IMG/VR virus record: IMGVR_UViG_2974506496_000001
Location: 128,001 to 192,000 of that record
Length of the DNA: 64,000 nt
Direction: 5' to 3' (one strand)
DNA from: a virus
Lineage: Duplodnaviria > Caudoviricetes
Shown here: positions 21,995-32,486 of the stretch, one piece after another
How positions within the stretch are numbered: position 1 is the first letter of the stretch
How the letters are laid out: every line of letters starts with the position of its first letter
Program-made: the position numbers and the translations under genes
Notes under the pieces: model-generated
What the model was told of the DNA's origin: nothing
Databases searched by the model: none
What the model saw: the letters and a program-made list of their open reading frames with translations, nothing else

Positions 21995-23713
21995 ATGAAT
22001 GATTTATCAAAGCTGTTTTCTAACTCACCGGTCAGTGCGGTCGTCACAGCACCGACGGTGCGGACTGAAGCGGATAAGTGGGCGGTCTGGAATCGGGATG
22101 TGATCTACGTCCCGGGTGTCCCGGTTACTGCCACCAAGAACTACATTGTACCAAAGCCCGATGATTTGATCTGGGACAAGGCACAAGGCTGGTTCTACGT
22201 GTCGCACGTTGACCTGGAAGGCGATCTGACTTCTACCCTCGAGCCCTGGTCGCCAGCGATGACGGAAGGCGGTGACACGGATGACTTGGTGGTGTTGGGT
22301 AATATCTCCCGACTGACCTCTGAGTTCATCATCTGTGCCATTGACTATTCACAAATGCCACCGACCATGATTGTGGATGACCGTATCCAGATTAATGGGT
22401 CGAAAGCCAAGTACGCGAAAGTGTTCCTGGGAACCGACATCGGGAAAACGGGTCAGGTTGTCAGTTGCATGTATGACAGCTCCGGGAATGTGGTCAGTGA
22501 GAATATCCCGTTGGAGCTGATGGCACTGCCGGGGATGATCAACAAAACCATCCGTCGGCCCGCGGTGGCGAACTGCACGACCACGATCCCCGATGGCGAA
22601 CTGCTCTCCTTGGTTGTGTACGATGATCAAGGGGGTTGGATTCCACCGGTGTACCGTATGGTGGCGCAGAACTCTGCGTTTGTGCGTCAAGCTGAATCAG
22701 GTCAGAAGTACGTCAAGGGTATTCAGTTACTCTCGCCGTTTGCTTCGAGCAGCAACCCGTCGCTGTTAGAGATCCCGGTGAATGTCAATGGTCTGGCATC
22801 GGTCGAGATGCGTGGACGGGTCTGGTACAGTGACAACACCTACAAAGATCTGTCGGTCGACGGAACCAAGATGGTGTTGAACGGTGCACGGGAATACATC
22901 CCAACCATCGTGGGCCAACGGGCGAATGTAACCCTGACCTATTTCCTCTCCAGTGATGAAGCAGCAATCTCTGCCAACCCGGGTGAGATCACCCATGTGG
23001 ACGAGACCTACGACATCACCACCGTGGATGCGGTTGGGGCTTACTCACCGAAGCTGTACGGTTATCCGGTCTGGGACAATGCAACCAGCACGTATCGTTT
23101 GACCTGGTGGCTGTACAACCTCGATCGTCAGATTGCGTATGAAGTCACCAACAAAGTGGATCTGGCGGTGAACAGCCCAGCCTTTGATCCGGCATTGTAT
23201 GGGACGGTGCAGCATCTGAAGGCCGCCGTAACCTTGTCACAGGTCGACAGTCGCTTTAAAGCCTATCGTCATGTGCAGGCGATTGACATCACTCTGTATC
23301 AAGCCGCAACGCTGAATGGCACGGCATGGACGGTTGGGTTTGATCCCGGTCAAACACCACAGTTCGGTCCAGGTCTGAAAGCCACCATCAAATCGATGGC
23401 TGCCAACAATCGCCGGATGCGGATTGATGCCGGTATTGCGACATACACCGACTGGTTAGATCAGCTGTACTACAACATCCGACCGCTGCGTGCTGTAAAC
23501 TCAGAGACCAAAGCCCCTGAGCCTACGCACTTTATTCTCTACATTGATGACACCCATGAATACCGCTTCCCGATTGCCAACTGGAACCAAGACCTTCCGG
23601 TCGACGTGAACGTGGACAACGGTCAGTCTGTATTCGTGAAGTGGATCAAAGCGGACTCAGGTAACACTGAGCTGCAACTGGGTATCTCTTCCCTGGTAGC
23701 GAAGACAGCTTAA
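21995..23713 (+). CDS. Virion structural protein (beta-rich, phiKZ gp26-like position)
   Basis: 572 aa directly upstream of terminase. Confidence 0.6.
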   Translation: MNDLSKLFSNSPVSAVVTAPTVRTEADKWAVWNRDVIYVPGVPVTATKNYIVPKPDDLIWDKAQGWFYVSHVDLEGDLTSTLEPWSPAMTEGGDTDDLVVLGNISRLTSEFIICAIDYSQMPPTMIVDDRIQINGSKAKYAKVFLGTDIGKTGQVVSCMYDSSGNVVSENIPLELMALPGMINKTIRRPAVANCTTTIPDGELLSLVVYDDQGGWIPPVYRMVAQNSAFVRQAESGQKYVKGIQLLSPFASSSNPSLLEIPVNVNGLASVEMRGRVWYSDNTYKDLSVDGTKMVLNGAREYIPTIVGQRANVTLTYFLSSDEAAISANPGEITHVDETYDITTVDAVGAYSPKLYGYPVWDNATSTYRLTWWLYNLDRQIAYEVTNKVDLAVNSPAFDPALYGTVQHLKAAVTLSQVDSRFKAYRHVQAIDITLYQAATLNGTAWTVGFDPGQTPQFGPGLKATIKSMAANNRRMRIDAGIATYTDWLDQLYYNIRPLRAVNSETKAPEPTHFILYIDDTHEYRFPIANWNQDLPVDVNVDNGQSVFVKWIKADSGNTELQLGISSLVAKTA

Positions 23714-23779
23714 CTGTAACACATCAGGCCGGTGGGGGTGACCTCACTGGTCTGGTTTCACTTATGCGGAATGCTAACG

Positions 23780-25975
23780 ATGATCCTCTATGCGAACGAT
23801 TGGATTAAATACCAAACCCAACCGCATGTGCATTATGAAACCCGTAACGATTCCTTTCGTCAGATGGCATCCAAGTATCATGAGATGGGTGTTAAGAACT
23901 GTCTGTTCCATCTGTCGTTGTTCAACCGCACATTGATCGGGGTAGATCCACACAGCCCGAACTTAACGCCTGAACAGAAAGCGGCTATCGCGATCGAGTG
24001 CACGCAGAACTTTTGGTATTTTATCCGTGAGGTTATACGCATACCCGTAAAAGGGGTAGAAGGCGGTATCAGTTATATCGCCAACCGCGGTAACCTTGCG
24101 CTCTCCTGGCTCTACCTGTGTCACATCGACACCTTCTTAATTCAGCCACGTCAGACCGGTAAGTCGGTCTCGACGGACTGTGTGATGTTGTGGTTGATCT
24201 ATTTCGGTTCTTTGAAGAACACCTACTCGCTGATTACCAAAGGCGACTTGCGTGCAGAGAACATCAAGCGTATTAAAAGCATGCGTGACATGCTGCCGCC
24301 GTATCTGATTGTACGGGACAAGAAAGACCCGGATAACTCAGAGTGGATCGGGTATGCCAAACTCGGGAACGTTTACAAGGCGGCAATTGCCCAGGGTAAC
24401 GAGACCGCAGCCAACAACCTTGGTCGTGGTATTACCACGGCCACCATCCACATCGATGAAGGCCCGTTCCTTTCGTTTATCGACATCACGGTTCCGGCGG
24501 CGCTGAACGCCACAACCAACGCCCGTCGTTACGCTGAGATGAACGGCACGCCCCACGGCAACATCTTTACTACAACAGCCGGTCGACGCGACTCCCGTGA
24601 AGGTAAATACTTCTACGGCATTCTGCAGAAAGCCGCCACCTGGTCAGAGATCTATCTGGACTGTGTTGACTTTAATGAACTGTCTGAGCTCATCATGAGT
24701 AACAGCGGGTCAGCAGCACCGGCGGTGAACATCACCATGTCGCACCGACAACTGGGGTACACTGACGAATGGCTGCGTAAAGTTATTGCCCAGAACCAGA
24801 ACACCAAAGACTCCGCGGAACGTGACTATCTGAACCGTTGGACGTCAGGTAACTTGACTTCGCCTTTATCCATTGCACTCAACGAAAAGGTTACGGCCTC
24901 GATGCGTGAAGTGGTATGGGAGGAGATCACCCGTCAGAAGTTCATTATCCGTTGGTATATTTCCAAGCGTGATGTGGAGGCGAACAAAACGCTGACGCAC
25001 TATGTCATTGGGATGGATACCTCCGATGCCACCACCACCGGCGATGGGATCACTGTGGTGATTCGTGATATCCGTGACATGGGTGTGGTCGGTGTCATGA
25101 ACTTCCGTAACACTAACCTGGTTCCGGTATCCCAGATGGTGGCTGAACTGCTGATCACGCATGTCAACTCCACCTTGGTTATCGAACGTAACCGCGCACA
25201 AGGTCTGATCGATCACCTGTTGATCGAACTGCCGAAACGGGGCATTGATCCCTTCAAGCGTATCTACAACACGCTGGTCAATGACCAAACAGTGCGCCGG
25301 GCTGAGTTCATGGAACTTACCCAAACCAACCTCGGTCAGCGTACACAAGAGTTCTACGATTCCAAACGTACCTGCTTTGGTTTCTGGACAGGGGCACAAA
25401 CCCGTTCGTTACTGTACGGTACGGTTCTGCAAGAGTCCGCTAAACAAACCGGTTACCTGGTGCGTGATGCCGAACTCATCAGTCAGATCACCGGTCTGGT
25501 TGCGAAGAACTCGCGTGTCGATCATAAGTCAAACTCCCACGATGACCTCGTGATTGCCTGGCTTCTGACCTACTGGTTTATCACTGAAGCCCGACACCAT
25601 GATTTCTACGGTATCAACACCGGACAAGTCATGTCGGTTAAAGAGCGTACCCAAACCTTCAGTCCGCAAGAAGAGGCGTGGCTGGATCAACAGGAACGCT
25701 ATCGTGAAGAGTTGGCCGAAATTATGGAACAACTCAAATCAACCTCAAACCCAATGCTACTTGCTCGTCTTGAGAAGAAACTTGTGTTTGTGAAATCGAA
25801 GATCGTCGCCACTGACGAAGCTGCCGTGACGGTCGATCAGTTATTGCAAGAAGCGAAAGAAGCGCGTGCACTGAAGGCGCGTACTGAACGTGTCAATAAT
25901 TCACCGCTCCGTCGCAACATGGGTTACCGGCCACCAAGTGCGCGTCGTGCGTACGCTGGCGCTGGATTCTTCTAA
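23780..25975 (+). CDS. terL: Terminase large subunit
   Basis: Walker A QPRQTGKS, Walker B IHIDE, TTTAG coupling motif, RNase H-like GMDTS...HDDLV. Confidence 0.92.
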   Translation: MILYANDWIKYQTQPHVHYETRNDSFRQMASKYHEMGVKNCLFHLSLFNRTLIGVDPHSPNLTPEQKAAIAIECTQNFWYFIREVIRIPVKGVEGGISYIANRGNLALSWLYLCHIDTFLIQPRQTGKSVSTDCVMLWLIYFGSLKNTYSLITKGDLRAENIKRIKSMRDMLPPYLIVRDKKDPDNSEWIGYAKLGNVYKAAIAQGNETAANNLGRGITTATIHIDEGPFLSFIDITVPAALNATTNARRYAEMNGTPHGNIFTTTAGRRDSREGKYFYGILQKAATWSEIYLDCVDFNELSELIMSNSGSAAPAVNITMSHRQLGYTDEWLRKVIAQNQNTKDSAERDYLNRWTSGNLTSPLSIALNEKVTASMREVVWEEITRQKFIIRWYISKRDVEANKTLTHYVIGMDTSDATTTGDGITVVIRDIRDMGVVGVMNFRNTNLVPVSQMVAELLITHVNSTLVIERNRAQGLIDHLLIELPKRGIDPFKRIYNTLVNDQTVRRAEFMELTQTNLGQRTQEFYDSKRTCFGFWTGAQTRSLLYGTVLQESAKQTGYLVRDAELISQITGLVAKNSRVDHKSNSHDDLVIAWLLTYWFITEARHHDFYGINTGQVMSVKERTQTFSPQEEAWLDQQERYREELAEIMEQLKSTSNPMLLARLEKKLVFVKSKIVATDEAAVTVDQLLQEAKEARALKARTERVNNSPLRRNMGYRPPSARRAYAGAGFF

Positions 25976-26019
25976 CCCGCTTGTACATTGTGACATAGTT
26001 CACTAACTATATAAGGGCT

Positions 26020-26352
26020 ATGTCACAATCCAATCGCGAGGTAATCATGGTGGACCCGAAAGAGCTAGAAGTCCTGATGGGTTTAATCCGGCAATTAGAG
26101 CACTCGCCTTTGCCGCAGAACCCATCCAACATTTTGCAAGAAGGGATGTCCGAACTGGGCGATCGAATCATTAATAAGATCCGTCGTCACGTTACCGGTC
26201 CTTATGGTTATACCAATGCAGATTTTGTCAGTGTAATGCAGGCGCACGGTTACAGTGTGCTTCCGCTACTGCAGGATCTGGTTTGCCCGACTTTATATGG
26301 ACTACCCACCACCAAAGGGATGATTCAGGTTAAGCCGATGCATATGCACTAA
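26020..26352 (+). CDS. Hypothetical protein
   Basis: 110-aa ORF followed by a terminator hairpin. Confidence 0.6.
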   Translation: MSQSNREVIMVDPKELEVLMGLIRQLEHSPLPQNPSNILQEGMSELGDRIINKIRRHVTGPYGYTNADFVSVMQAHGYSVLPLLQDLVCPTLYGLPTTKGMIQVKPMHMH

Positions 26353-26364
26353 CCTGAACTTGAT

Positions 26365-26403
26365 CAGCATAAGGAGAGGGCAAACGCCCTCTCCTCTATG
26401 CCG
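26365..26403. terminator. Bidirectional hairpin with flanking TATGCYG motifs
   Basis: cagcataa, aggagagggc-aaac-gccctctcct, ctatgccg between convergent genes. Confidence 0.75.
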
Positions 26404-26429
26404 ATTAAAAATCGAGTCGTGCTGATCAG

Positions 26430-26870
26430 TTACTCTGCCGGAGCCGGCTGAGGGGCTGGATCGTTTGGTGCACCTACAGGCGGCTCACCGGCAGGCTGTG
26501 GTTGTGGATCTGGTTTAGGATCAGAACCCGGAACCGTAGGCGGTGGATTACTTTCAGTACCCGCGCCCAGCTCACCTTCTTCGTGTGCTTCTTCTTTTGC
26601 CTGCAGCAGCTGCAAACCTTCAATACCGTTGGAGAGTTTGGCAATCAAGGTATCAATACCTTCCATACCGGAACCAACTGTAAAGATGTCAGGGTACTTG
26701 GCAGCCATGCCAGATTGAATCAGGTTACCGGTAGGGTAATCCATAGACTCTAAGCCGGCATTGACGAAGCCTGTCTTGTATTGACACAGCGCATCCAGGT
26801 CGGCCTTGAGTTCTTCAATCCCTGCACCGATATCAATCGGCTTACCCGACTTGGTCGTTAGGATAGTCAT
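26430..26870 (-). CDS. Putative internal head protein with G-x-E propeptide and Pro-rich tail
   Basis: AGIEE, AGLES, SGMEG, NGIEG, AGTES sites; N-terminus paralogous to 26933..27898. Confidence 0.65.
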   Translation of the reverse strand: MTILTTKSGKPIDIGAGIEELKADLDALCQYKTGFVNAGLESMDYPTGNLIQSGMAAKYPDIFTVGSGMEGIDTLIAKLSNGIEGLQLLQAKEEAHEEGELGAGTESNPPPTVPGSDPKPDPQPQPAGEPPVGAPNDPAPQPAPAE

Positions 26871-26932
26871 GTTTAAACCTCTCTATTATAAAAAAGGAGG
26901 GCCAAAGCCCACCACATATATATTAGCCACTT

Positions 26933-27898
26933 TTACTTAATAGAGGCCAAGATAACTGCTTCGAGTGCTTTTGCAACCGAGAGCAGGTTCTTAGCTGCTT
27001 CTTCTGCAATGTCCGATACCGGGAACGTCAACATTTCCCAGTGAGTGCGGTCGTACAGCGCGTCTGACAGATCTTCACTGGCGATACCATCATAGTCGCC
27101 GATATCACTCAGACCACAGTTGATGCGCAGATCTTCAGCAACCTCTTCCATCTGGTTACCGTGGTCAAACAGATCGAGAATCAGCAGACCGGCTTTCGTT
27201 AAGTTTTCTTTGCTTAGTGCAAAGATCTTATCGTTGTCGCCTTCCAGCTTATACGTTGGGAGTGTGCGGTTGATTGACTTACCCGGTCTTTCAGGCAGGG
27301 CTTTGACCAGGTCAGCTTTCACCGCAGACGCTGTTTCTTCAGTGGCGCTTTTGGCTTTGGCAATGAAAGGTTTAACTTTCGCCCAGTAATCCTTGGTTTC
27401 TTTTGCGCTGGCATTGACCGCGTCTTTGTTGAACTTAACGAGATCATTGATCTTTGCAACAATCTCATCGTAGTCTTTAGCGCCGCCGATCAGTTTAACA
27501 ATAGGGGCGATAGACACACTGCCTTTGGCACCGGTTTGTGCTTCTGCCCATTTTGGGTCAGCGTAGGTTTTCTTCACCTCGTTGATCACCGCCATGGTTT
27601 GCTTTTCAATAACCGGCTTAGCTTTGCCGCGCGCTAGCTTCTTCAGACCAGCAATGCCTTTTTTCAGGCTTTCGATCAAACTACCGATACCTTCAATGCC
27701 GCTGCCAAGCTGAAAGGCCTGTGGGTACTTAGCCGCCATACCAGACTGGATCAACAATCCGGTTGGGTTATCCATCGACTCCATACCCGCATTAACAAAA
27801 CCATGACGGTATTGCTCTAACATCTTGACATCTGCCTGCAGTTCTTCCATACCGGCGCGCAGAAGATGAAGTTTAATAAATGAATCAGTAATAAGCAT
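26933..27898 (-). CDS. Putative internal head (ejection) protein with G-x-E propeptide
   Basis: AGMEE, AGMES, SGIEG sites in the first 70 aa. Confidence 0.65.
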   Translation of the reverse strand: MLITDSFIKLHLLRAGMEELQADVKMLEQYRHGFVNAGMESMDNPTGLLIQSGMAAKYPQAFQLGSGIEGIGSLIESLKKGIAGLKKLARGKAKPVIEKQTMAVINEVKKTYADPKWAEAQTGAKGSVSIAPIVKLIGGAKDYDEIVAKINDLVKFNKDAVNASAKETKDYWAKVKPFIAKAKSATEETASAVKADLVKALPERPGKSINRTLPTYKLEGDNDKIFALSKENLTKAGLLILDLFDHGNQMEEVAEDLRINCGLSDIGDYDGIASEDLSDALYDRTHWEMLTFPVSDIAEEAAKNLLSVAKALEAVILASIK

Positions 27899-27907
27899 GA
27901 TTAACCT

Positions 27908-29257
27908 TTACGAAGTATAATGTTGCATGGAGAGCGCACGGATAATAACATACAGGAACACCCCAACGCGCACCGTGGCGATTGTTGCAGGGGCTTTAAT
28001 GCCAGTGGCGATCTTCACCAGTTCATCTCCTGCTTCACGCATCTTCAGCACCGATGCATTGGAGGTTCGACTGGAGCGATAGGCACCGCGCATTTTGGAC
28101 ACCACATCTGGGAAGTCATTCAGACGCAGGTTCTTCTGGCTGATGTACTCAAACAGATGCTGGATGGTTTCTGACAACAGCTCGTCAATTACCCCGTCTT
28201 TATCATAGCGGTAGTTCTGCGAGATAAACTTCAGGGTATCCGAGAGCGGTTTCTCGGGGATAGTGTTGTTGGAGCGCACCACCATCTCCAGGAGCTCAGG
28301 GCGATACCAGTCTGACTCAACCCCGACGATGTTCTTGATGTAGCGCACATACTTGGTTACCGTCTTCTCGACATCACGGATATGCTTGACCCCATCGAGT
28401 TCGACGGTGTTCTTGCCTTCTACCACTAACGCTTCTTTGAGCTTCACGGTGTGAAAGACATTGTTGATTGAATTGACCACATCACGCAGACGGTCCTGCA
28501 CATCCCCCACCATGTAGACCACGGCTTTGTCATCTACCATGCGCACATAGGTTTCGTAGTGAATACCGGTGCCTTTGGTGATGATGGATTTCGAACGCGC
28601 ATCGATCAATGCACCCCAGGAACCGTAGACCTTTAAGTCAAACTTCTTCGAAAGTTGCTTATAGGTTTCCATGGCCACGGACTTGTTGGCCGGGTAGGGG
28701 TAATCGTGGTTCAGAATAGATGACAGGTTTTTGTAGTGGAAGATGCGCACCACATTCATCTTCGACTCTTCGATCTCCGCAGGTGATAACCCAACCGCTT
28801 CGTTGTGCAGGATGTGTAACAAGTACGGCATGCACTGGTTAAACATATCGCCGGTGACGTGGAACTTCGGGTTAACGAATTGGGTACCGTGGACATCGGC
28901 AGTCAGATCCACTTCATCGCAATCCATGATCGTATCAAACCACTCGTTACGATCTGATACAGTAAACTTGATCGGATATACCCCAATCAGGTTAGAACCA
29001 AAGAAGTCGATATGGTCCTGATTCTTGGTACGAAACCGACTGGCGTATTTGGCCAGGTTCAGGGCTAAGGCTTTATCGGCAACGAGCGTAGGGCAGTTCT
29101 TTTTGAATGCCTCTTTGATCGTCATGCCATTACCGGGACCAAATCCTAAGGCTTCCAAACCTGCGGCTACATGAGCATAGCCCCGACTGTAATCGATTTC
29201 ATCCTGGATCAGCCGGTTGTCAAACGGGAAGAACCCGGTCAAGAGGCTAGCTAACAT
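27908..29257 (-). CDS. Conserved phiKZ-like virion protein
   Basis: 449 aa; AAGLEA site near the N-terminus; position near terminase. Confidence 0.6.
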   Translation of the reverse strand: MLASLLTGFFPFDNRLIQDEIDYSRGYAHVAAGLEALGFGPGNGMTIKEAFKKNCPTLVADKALALNLAKYASRFRTKNQDHIDFFGSNLIGVYPIKFTVSDRNEWFDTIMDCDEVDLTADVHGTQFVNPKFHVTGDMFNQCMPYLLHILHNEAVGLSPAEIEESKMNVVRIFHYKNLSSILNHDYPYPANKSVAMETYKQLSKKFDLKVYGSWGALIDARSKSIITKGTGIHYETYVRMVDDKAVVYMVGDVQDRLRDVVNSINNVFHTVKLKEALVVEGKNTVELDGVKHIRDVEKTVTKYVRYIKNIVGVESDWYRPELLEMVVRSNNTIPEKPLSDTLKFISQNYRYDKDGVIDELLSETIQHLFEYISQKNLRLNDFPDVVSKMRGAYRSSRTSNASVLKMREAGDELVKIATGIKAPATIATVRVGVFLYVIIRALSMQHYTS

Positions 29258-29280
29258 AATGGTTCCTTAATATTGAAGAT

Positions 29281-29299
29281 ATTGTCAAACCTATATTAT
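29281..29299 (+). promoter_or_regulatory. Putative early promoter (TATATTAT variant)
   Basis: caaacctatattat upstream of ORF 29338. Confidence 0.5.
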
Positions 29300-29337
29300 C
29301 CATCTGGTAGAACATTAACTAATCAAGGACATTGGTC

Positions 29338-30195
29338 ATGAAAGTATTAACCTTAAGTGAATTCGCTGAATTCCTGAACACCACATCGGGCACTGATCAA
29401 CTGCAGTTTGCCGTCATTCCCGGACAAGTCATGACAGGTGATAACAACATCACCATCTTTGCCAAACGTGAACAGGGGGTGAACTACCTGCTCGAGCACA
29501 CTTACAGTAAACCGGTAAATGTGGTTGAGATCACCGACCCGAAAGTCAGTGCAGTTATTACCGCCGCTTGTCAGGATGACGAGGCGGATTGCGTACTGGC
29601 GTTCAACATGAAGTTCGACAGTATCGCTGAACTCATCCCGGCGCATGAACTGTCAGTAAAAGAATCGATCAGCGTGTTCGCCAGTAAGTTGGTTGAGAAG
29701 CTGGCGGTAACAACCCCAGTGGTTTGCCGTGCAATTGACACCACCACACTCGTGCCCCGTAATGGGCTCGACTTGGTGCTCAGTGCGGCACACTGCATAA
29801 ACCTCTCATTGATCGCGTATCAGTGGGAAGGGGAAACCGTCGTCGTCATTGGAAAAGGCTTTAAGGAAGAAGTGGTACTGGACCTGGTGCGTTTTGATGC
29901 CGAGAAGCGTCATGCGTTCTTCTCCGGGATCGTGGCAGGGAAGCCCATCTATCAGCGCGTGGTCATCGATGAAGTGATGTTCAAAGGTGACCGGGCTTTC
30001 TTGAAGTGGGTCTCGTGCAATAACGTCGATGCCAGTAAAGGCGGGTCATTGTGGTGGGTGCGTCACATGGGTGTCTCGTTACATGACGAGAGCAACAGCC
30101 TGACCTTGAAAAACCCGCACATCTCCATCCGCGGTCAGCTCGACAAAATCCCTGACGAATACGACTTCGTCAATAACCGTAACGTCATTCTCTAA
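29338..30195 (+). CDS. Hypothetical protein
   Basis: ~285-aa ORF, AAGGA RBS. Confidence 0.7.
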   Translation: MKVLTLSEFAEFLNTTSGTDQLQFAVIPGQVMTGDNNITIFAKREQGVNYLLEHTYSKPVNVVEITDPKVSAVITAACQDDEADCVLAFNMKFDSIAELIPAHELSVKESISVFASKLVEKLAVTTPVVCRAIDTTTLVPRNGLDLVLSAAHCINLSLIAYQWEGETVVVIGKGFKEEVVLDLVRFDAEKRHAFFSGIVAGKPIYQRVVIDEVMFKGDRAFLKWVSCNNVDASKGGSLWWVRHMGVSLHDESNSLTLKNPHISIRGQLDKIPDEYDFVNNRNVIL

Positions 30196-30204
30196 GAGGC
30201 AGTC

Positions 30205-30678
30205 ATGATTCCAACAAAAGCGCGTTTTGTAAAAGACATCACTGCGGTGCTCGAACACCACCAGGTCGAAGACACCACTGTGCGGGTCTTTGAAACACAA
30301 GCCGGTAAACCTTTCCACCTGGCGATTGAAGCAGGTGTCTCGGGCGAGATCACGGACTATTTGGTGATCAACAACAACTATGCCAAAGAGATGGTTGTTG
30401 CCTGGTTGCGTAACACCTCCGTCAATGTCTGGCCATACAGCGAAATGGACTATTCGCAAGAAGGGGTCATCAAAGCGATTATCAAAGTAGATGATCCAAG
30501 CTTTGGTGATCAAGATTACAAAGTCGCCCATTATGTCCGTGCGGCTCTGCGCTCTGCCATCAAACATGGCGATAACGTCTGGTTGTCTACCAAAGCCGGT
30601 GCATTGCCAAGTGCCGGTACTGCATCGGGTACTATCGGGGCATCTGGCCCAGTCAGTCAAACCCGCGCTCCACTGTAA
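30205..30678 (+). CDS. Hypothetical protein
   Basis: 157-aa ORF, GAGG RBS. Confidence 0.7.
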   Translation: MIPTKARFVKDITAVLEHHQVEDTTVRVFETQAGKPFHLAIEAGVSGEITDYLVINNNYAKEMVVAWLRNTSVNVWPYSEMDYSQEGVIKAIIKVDDPSFGDQDYKVAHYVRAALRSAIKHGDNVWLSTKAGALPSAGTASGTIGASGPVSQTRAPL

Positions 30679-30710
30679 GTTCACCCATTAACCTTTAGTA
30701 AGGATTTATC

Positions 30711-31970
30711 ATGCAACAGTCAACTTCCCTCGGCGCTCTGCTGGACCACGCTTACCGTATGGGTGACATTCACCTGATCATTCGTGTGGGCGAACTCGCC
30801 ACCACTGTCGTTATCCCACACCGTAAAGCACGTCACGCCTGTATCGCGTTGCTGGAGTTCTTTGACCGCAATAAGGTACTGGTTCAGCGGGTACTGGATC
30901 GCAGCGGGAATACCATCGACATCACGCTGGATGATTTCCAACATGAAGCCACAATCCCGGGCTATGATCGCGAGCACTACCTGAAGACCCTGACGCATCG
31001 GGTGGAAGCCATGGCTGCACCGGATGATGTTACTGAGCAGACAAACCAAAACGCAGGCATCTATAACCCACATGCTGGGTTTGAGAAAGCCGCGGCAAAT
31101 GTTGCGCAGTTACTTACGTCAGAGCGGCGTTATGCGTTTGTCGATCACATCGGATCTGTGGTGGGTGACGGTATGGTCCTGGTGCGTCGTAGCGACCTGC
31201 CAAGTAATGTCCAGAACGTAACAGAAATCACCGATCCACGCTGGCTCAGTATGTTGGTGGTGAACGAAGCTACTTTCGAACGTTTACCGACAGGGCGTGA
31301 AGTCTACGCCTATGCGCAGGCGACACGTCTGGGTGATTTGATCAATCTGCTGGGTGAAGAAGGTTTCGCTATCGATGGGATCAGTTATCCGTGGGTGCAT
31401 ATCGTACGCAAAACGGATGTGGTGCGTGATGCACGTTCAGTGGAGTGGGGTCAGGTTGCGGATGAACTGACTAACGCTGAAGGGCCAGTGGGTATTCGGC
31501 AGACATTAGGCTCTGGCGCGCCGAACCCGTTCCTTCATGAAGATGGGAGTGTGCGCGGGTTACTGTTCTCCGGTCGGCCACAGGGTTACCCAGAGCAACC
31601 AGCAACACCTGCTGAACCAGTCGTGACCAAGCTGGTCGAACACGGTATGACCCGTCAGTACGGGTCCGTGACTCCACCACGGACGGTAACCACCTCACCA
31701 TTAGGTACACCGGCGAGTGTATCGAGTGAAGCGAAGTGGGCAGCAGCCATTGCTGCAGTAGTGGCAGAGGGTTATGAGTTCCGGGGTAGTAAGGAAGACA
31801 TCAATCCTGAGTTGTTCAAGATTGCCTCAACGATGAGATACTGGGCAGGATGCCAGGGCAGTGATACTCTCCAGAAACGAGATGAGGTTGTCTCTACACC
31901 GGAGCTGATGATGCTGCTGGCAGGTAAGCCTTCTGGCAGTGAGATTGATCACGAAGAGAATGACGAATAA
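30711..31970 (+). CDS. Hypothetical protein
   Basis: 419-aa ORF, AAGGA RBS, followed by a terminator. Confidence 0.7.
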   Translation: MQQSTSLGALLDHAYRMGDIHLIIRVGELATTVVIPHRKARHACIALLEFFDRNKVLVQRVLDRSGNTIDITLDDFQHEATIPGYDREHYLKTLTHRVEAMAAPDDVTEQTNQNAGIYNPHAGFEKAAANVAQLLTSERRYAFVDHIGSVVGDGMVLVRRSDLPSNVQNVTEITDPRWLSMLVVNEATFERLPTGREVYAYAQATRLGDLINLLGEEGFAIDGISYPWVHIVRKTDVVRDARSVEWGQVADELTNAEGPVGIRQTLGSGAPNPFLHEDGSVRGLLFSGRPQGYPEQPATPAEPVVTKLVEHGMTRQYGSVTPPRTVTTSPLGTPASVSSEAKWAAAIAAVVAEGYEFRGSKEDINPELFKIASTMRYWAGCQGSDTLQKRDEVVSTPELMMLLAGKPSGSEIDHEENDE

Positions 31971-31980
31971 GTAAAGCTAG

Positions 31981-32020
31981 GCAGGAGGGGGCAACCTCTC
32001 CTGCTCTTTATGCTTTTTTA
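31981..32020 (+). terminator. Intrinsic terminator (GCAA loop) with TTATGCT and T-run
   Basis: gcaggagggg-gcaa-cctctcctgc then tctttatgctttttt. Confidence 0.75.
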
Positions 32021-32486
32021 ATTTTTGTCAAATATAGTATTATGCAATTCTAGTAATTAACGACACGGTAAAGTATACTTATAAGGAGAACAGGCCAGCA
32101 ATGGGGGAAACCTTTAAGGATGGGGGCTTATGCTGATATATATTACAGACAGTATTAACAGTGATATATTGAGTATATCAGCATACCAGTAAGTAGCCTT
32201 ATAGCTGTCAATAATCATTATCTATTATAACCCAGAGAGAACACCCTCTTAGAACAAAGATATAATAGATAATCATTAACCTGTAATCGGATAAAAAAAA
32301 ACCGCGAAATTGAAACCGGGAGGCTGAAGCCTCTCTTTATGCCTGTTTAGTGTATTCTAGTAATTCGTGACTAGAGTGGCTAACAGTATGAAAGTATTTA
32401 AATCTTTCACCCGAGCTAAGGGTAACGTAGAGGTTTAGATATATGCTGATTAAATTTTAATTACGATTAAGAGAAGGATCGTTATC
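32021..32486. other. AT-rich intergenic region
   Basis: No ORF of 60 aa or more; visibly more AT-rich than the flanks; ATTCTAGTAATT occurs twice. Confidence 0.5.

Noticed and set aside
30079-30684. Long antisense ORFs (also 18886..19479, 48861..49439, 57314..57997, 61040..61567)
   Set aside because: They are shadows of well-supported genes on the opposite strand, without RBS or recognisable motifs.
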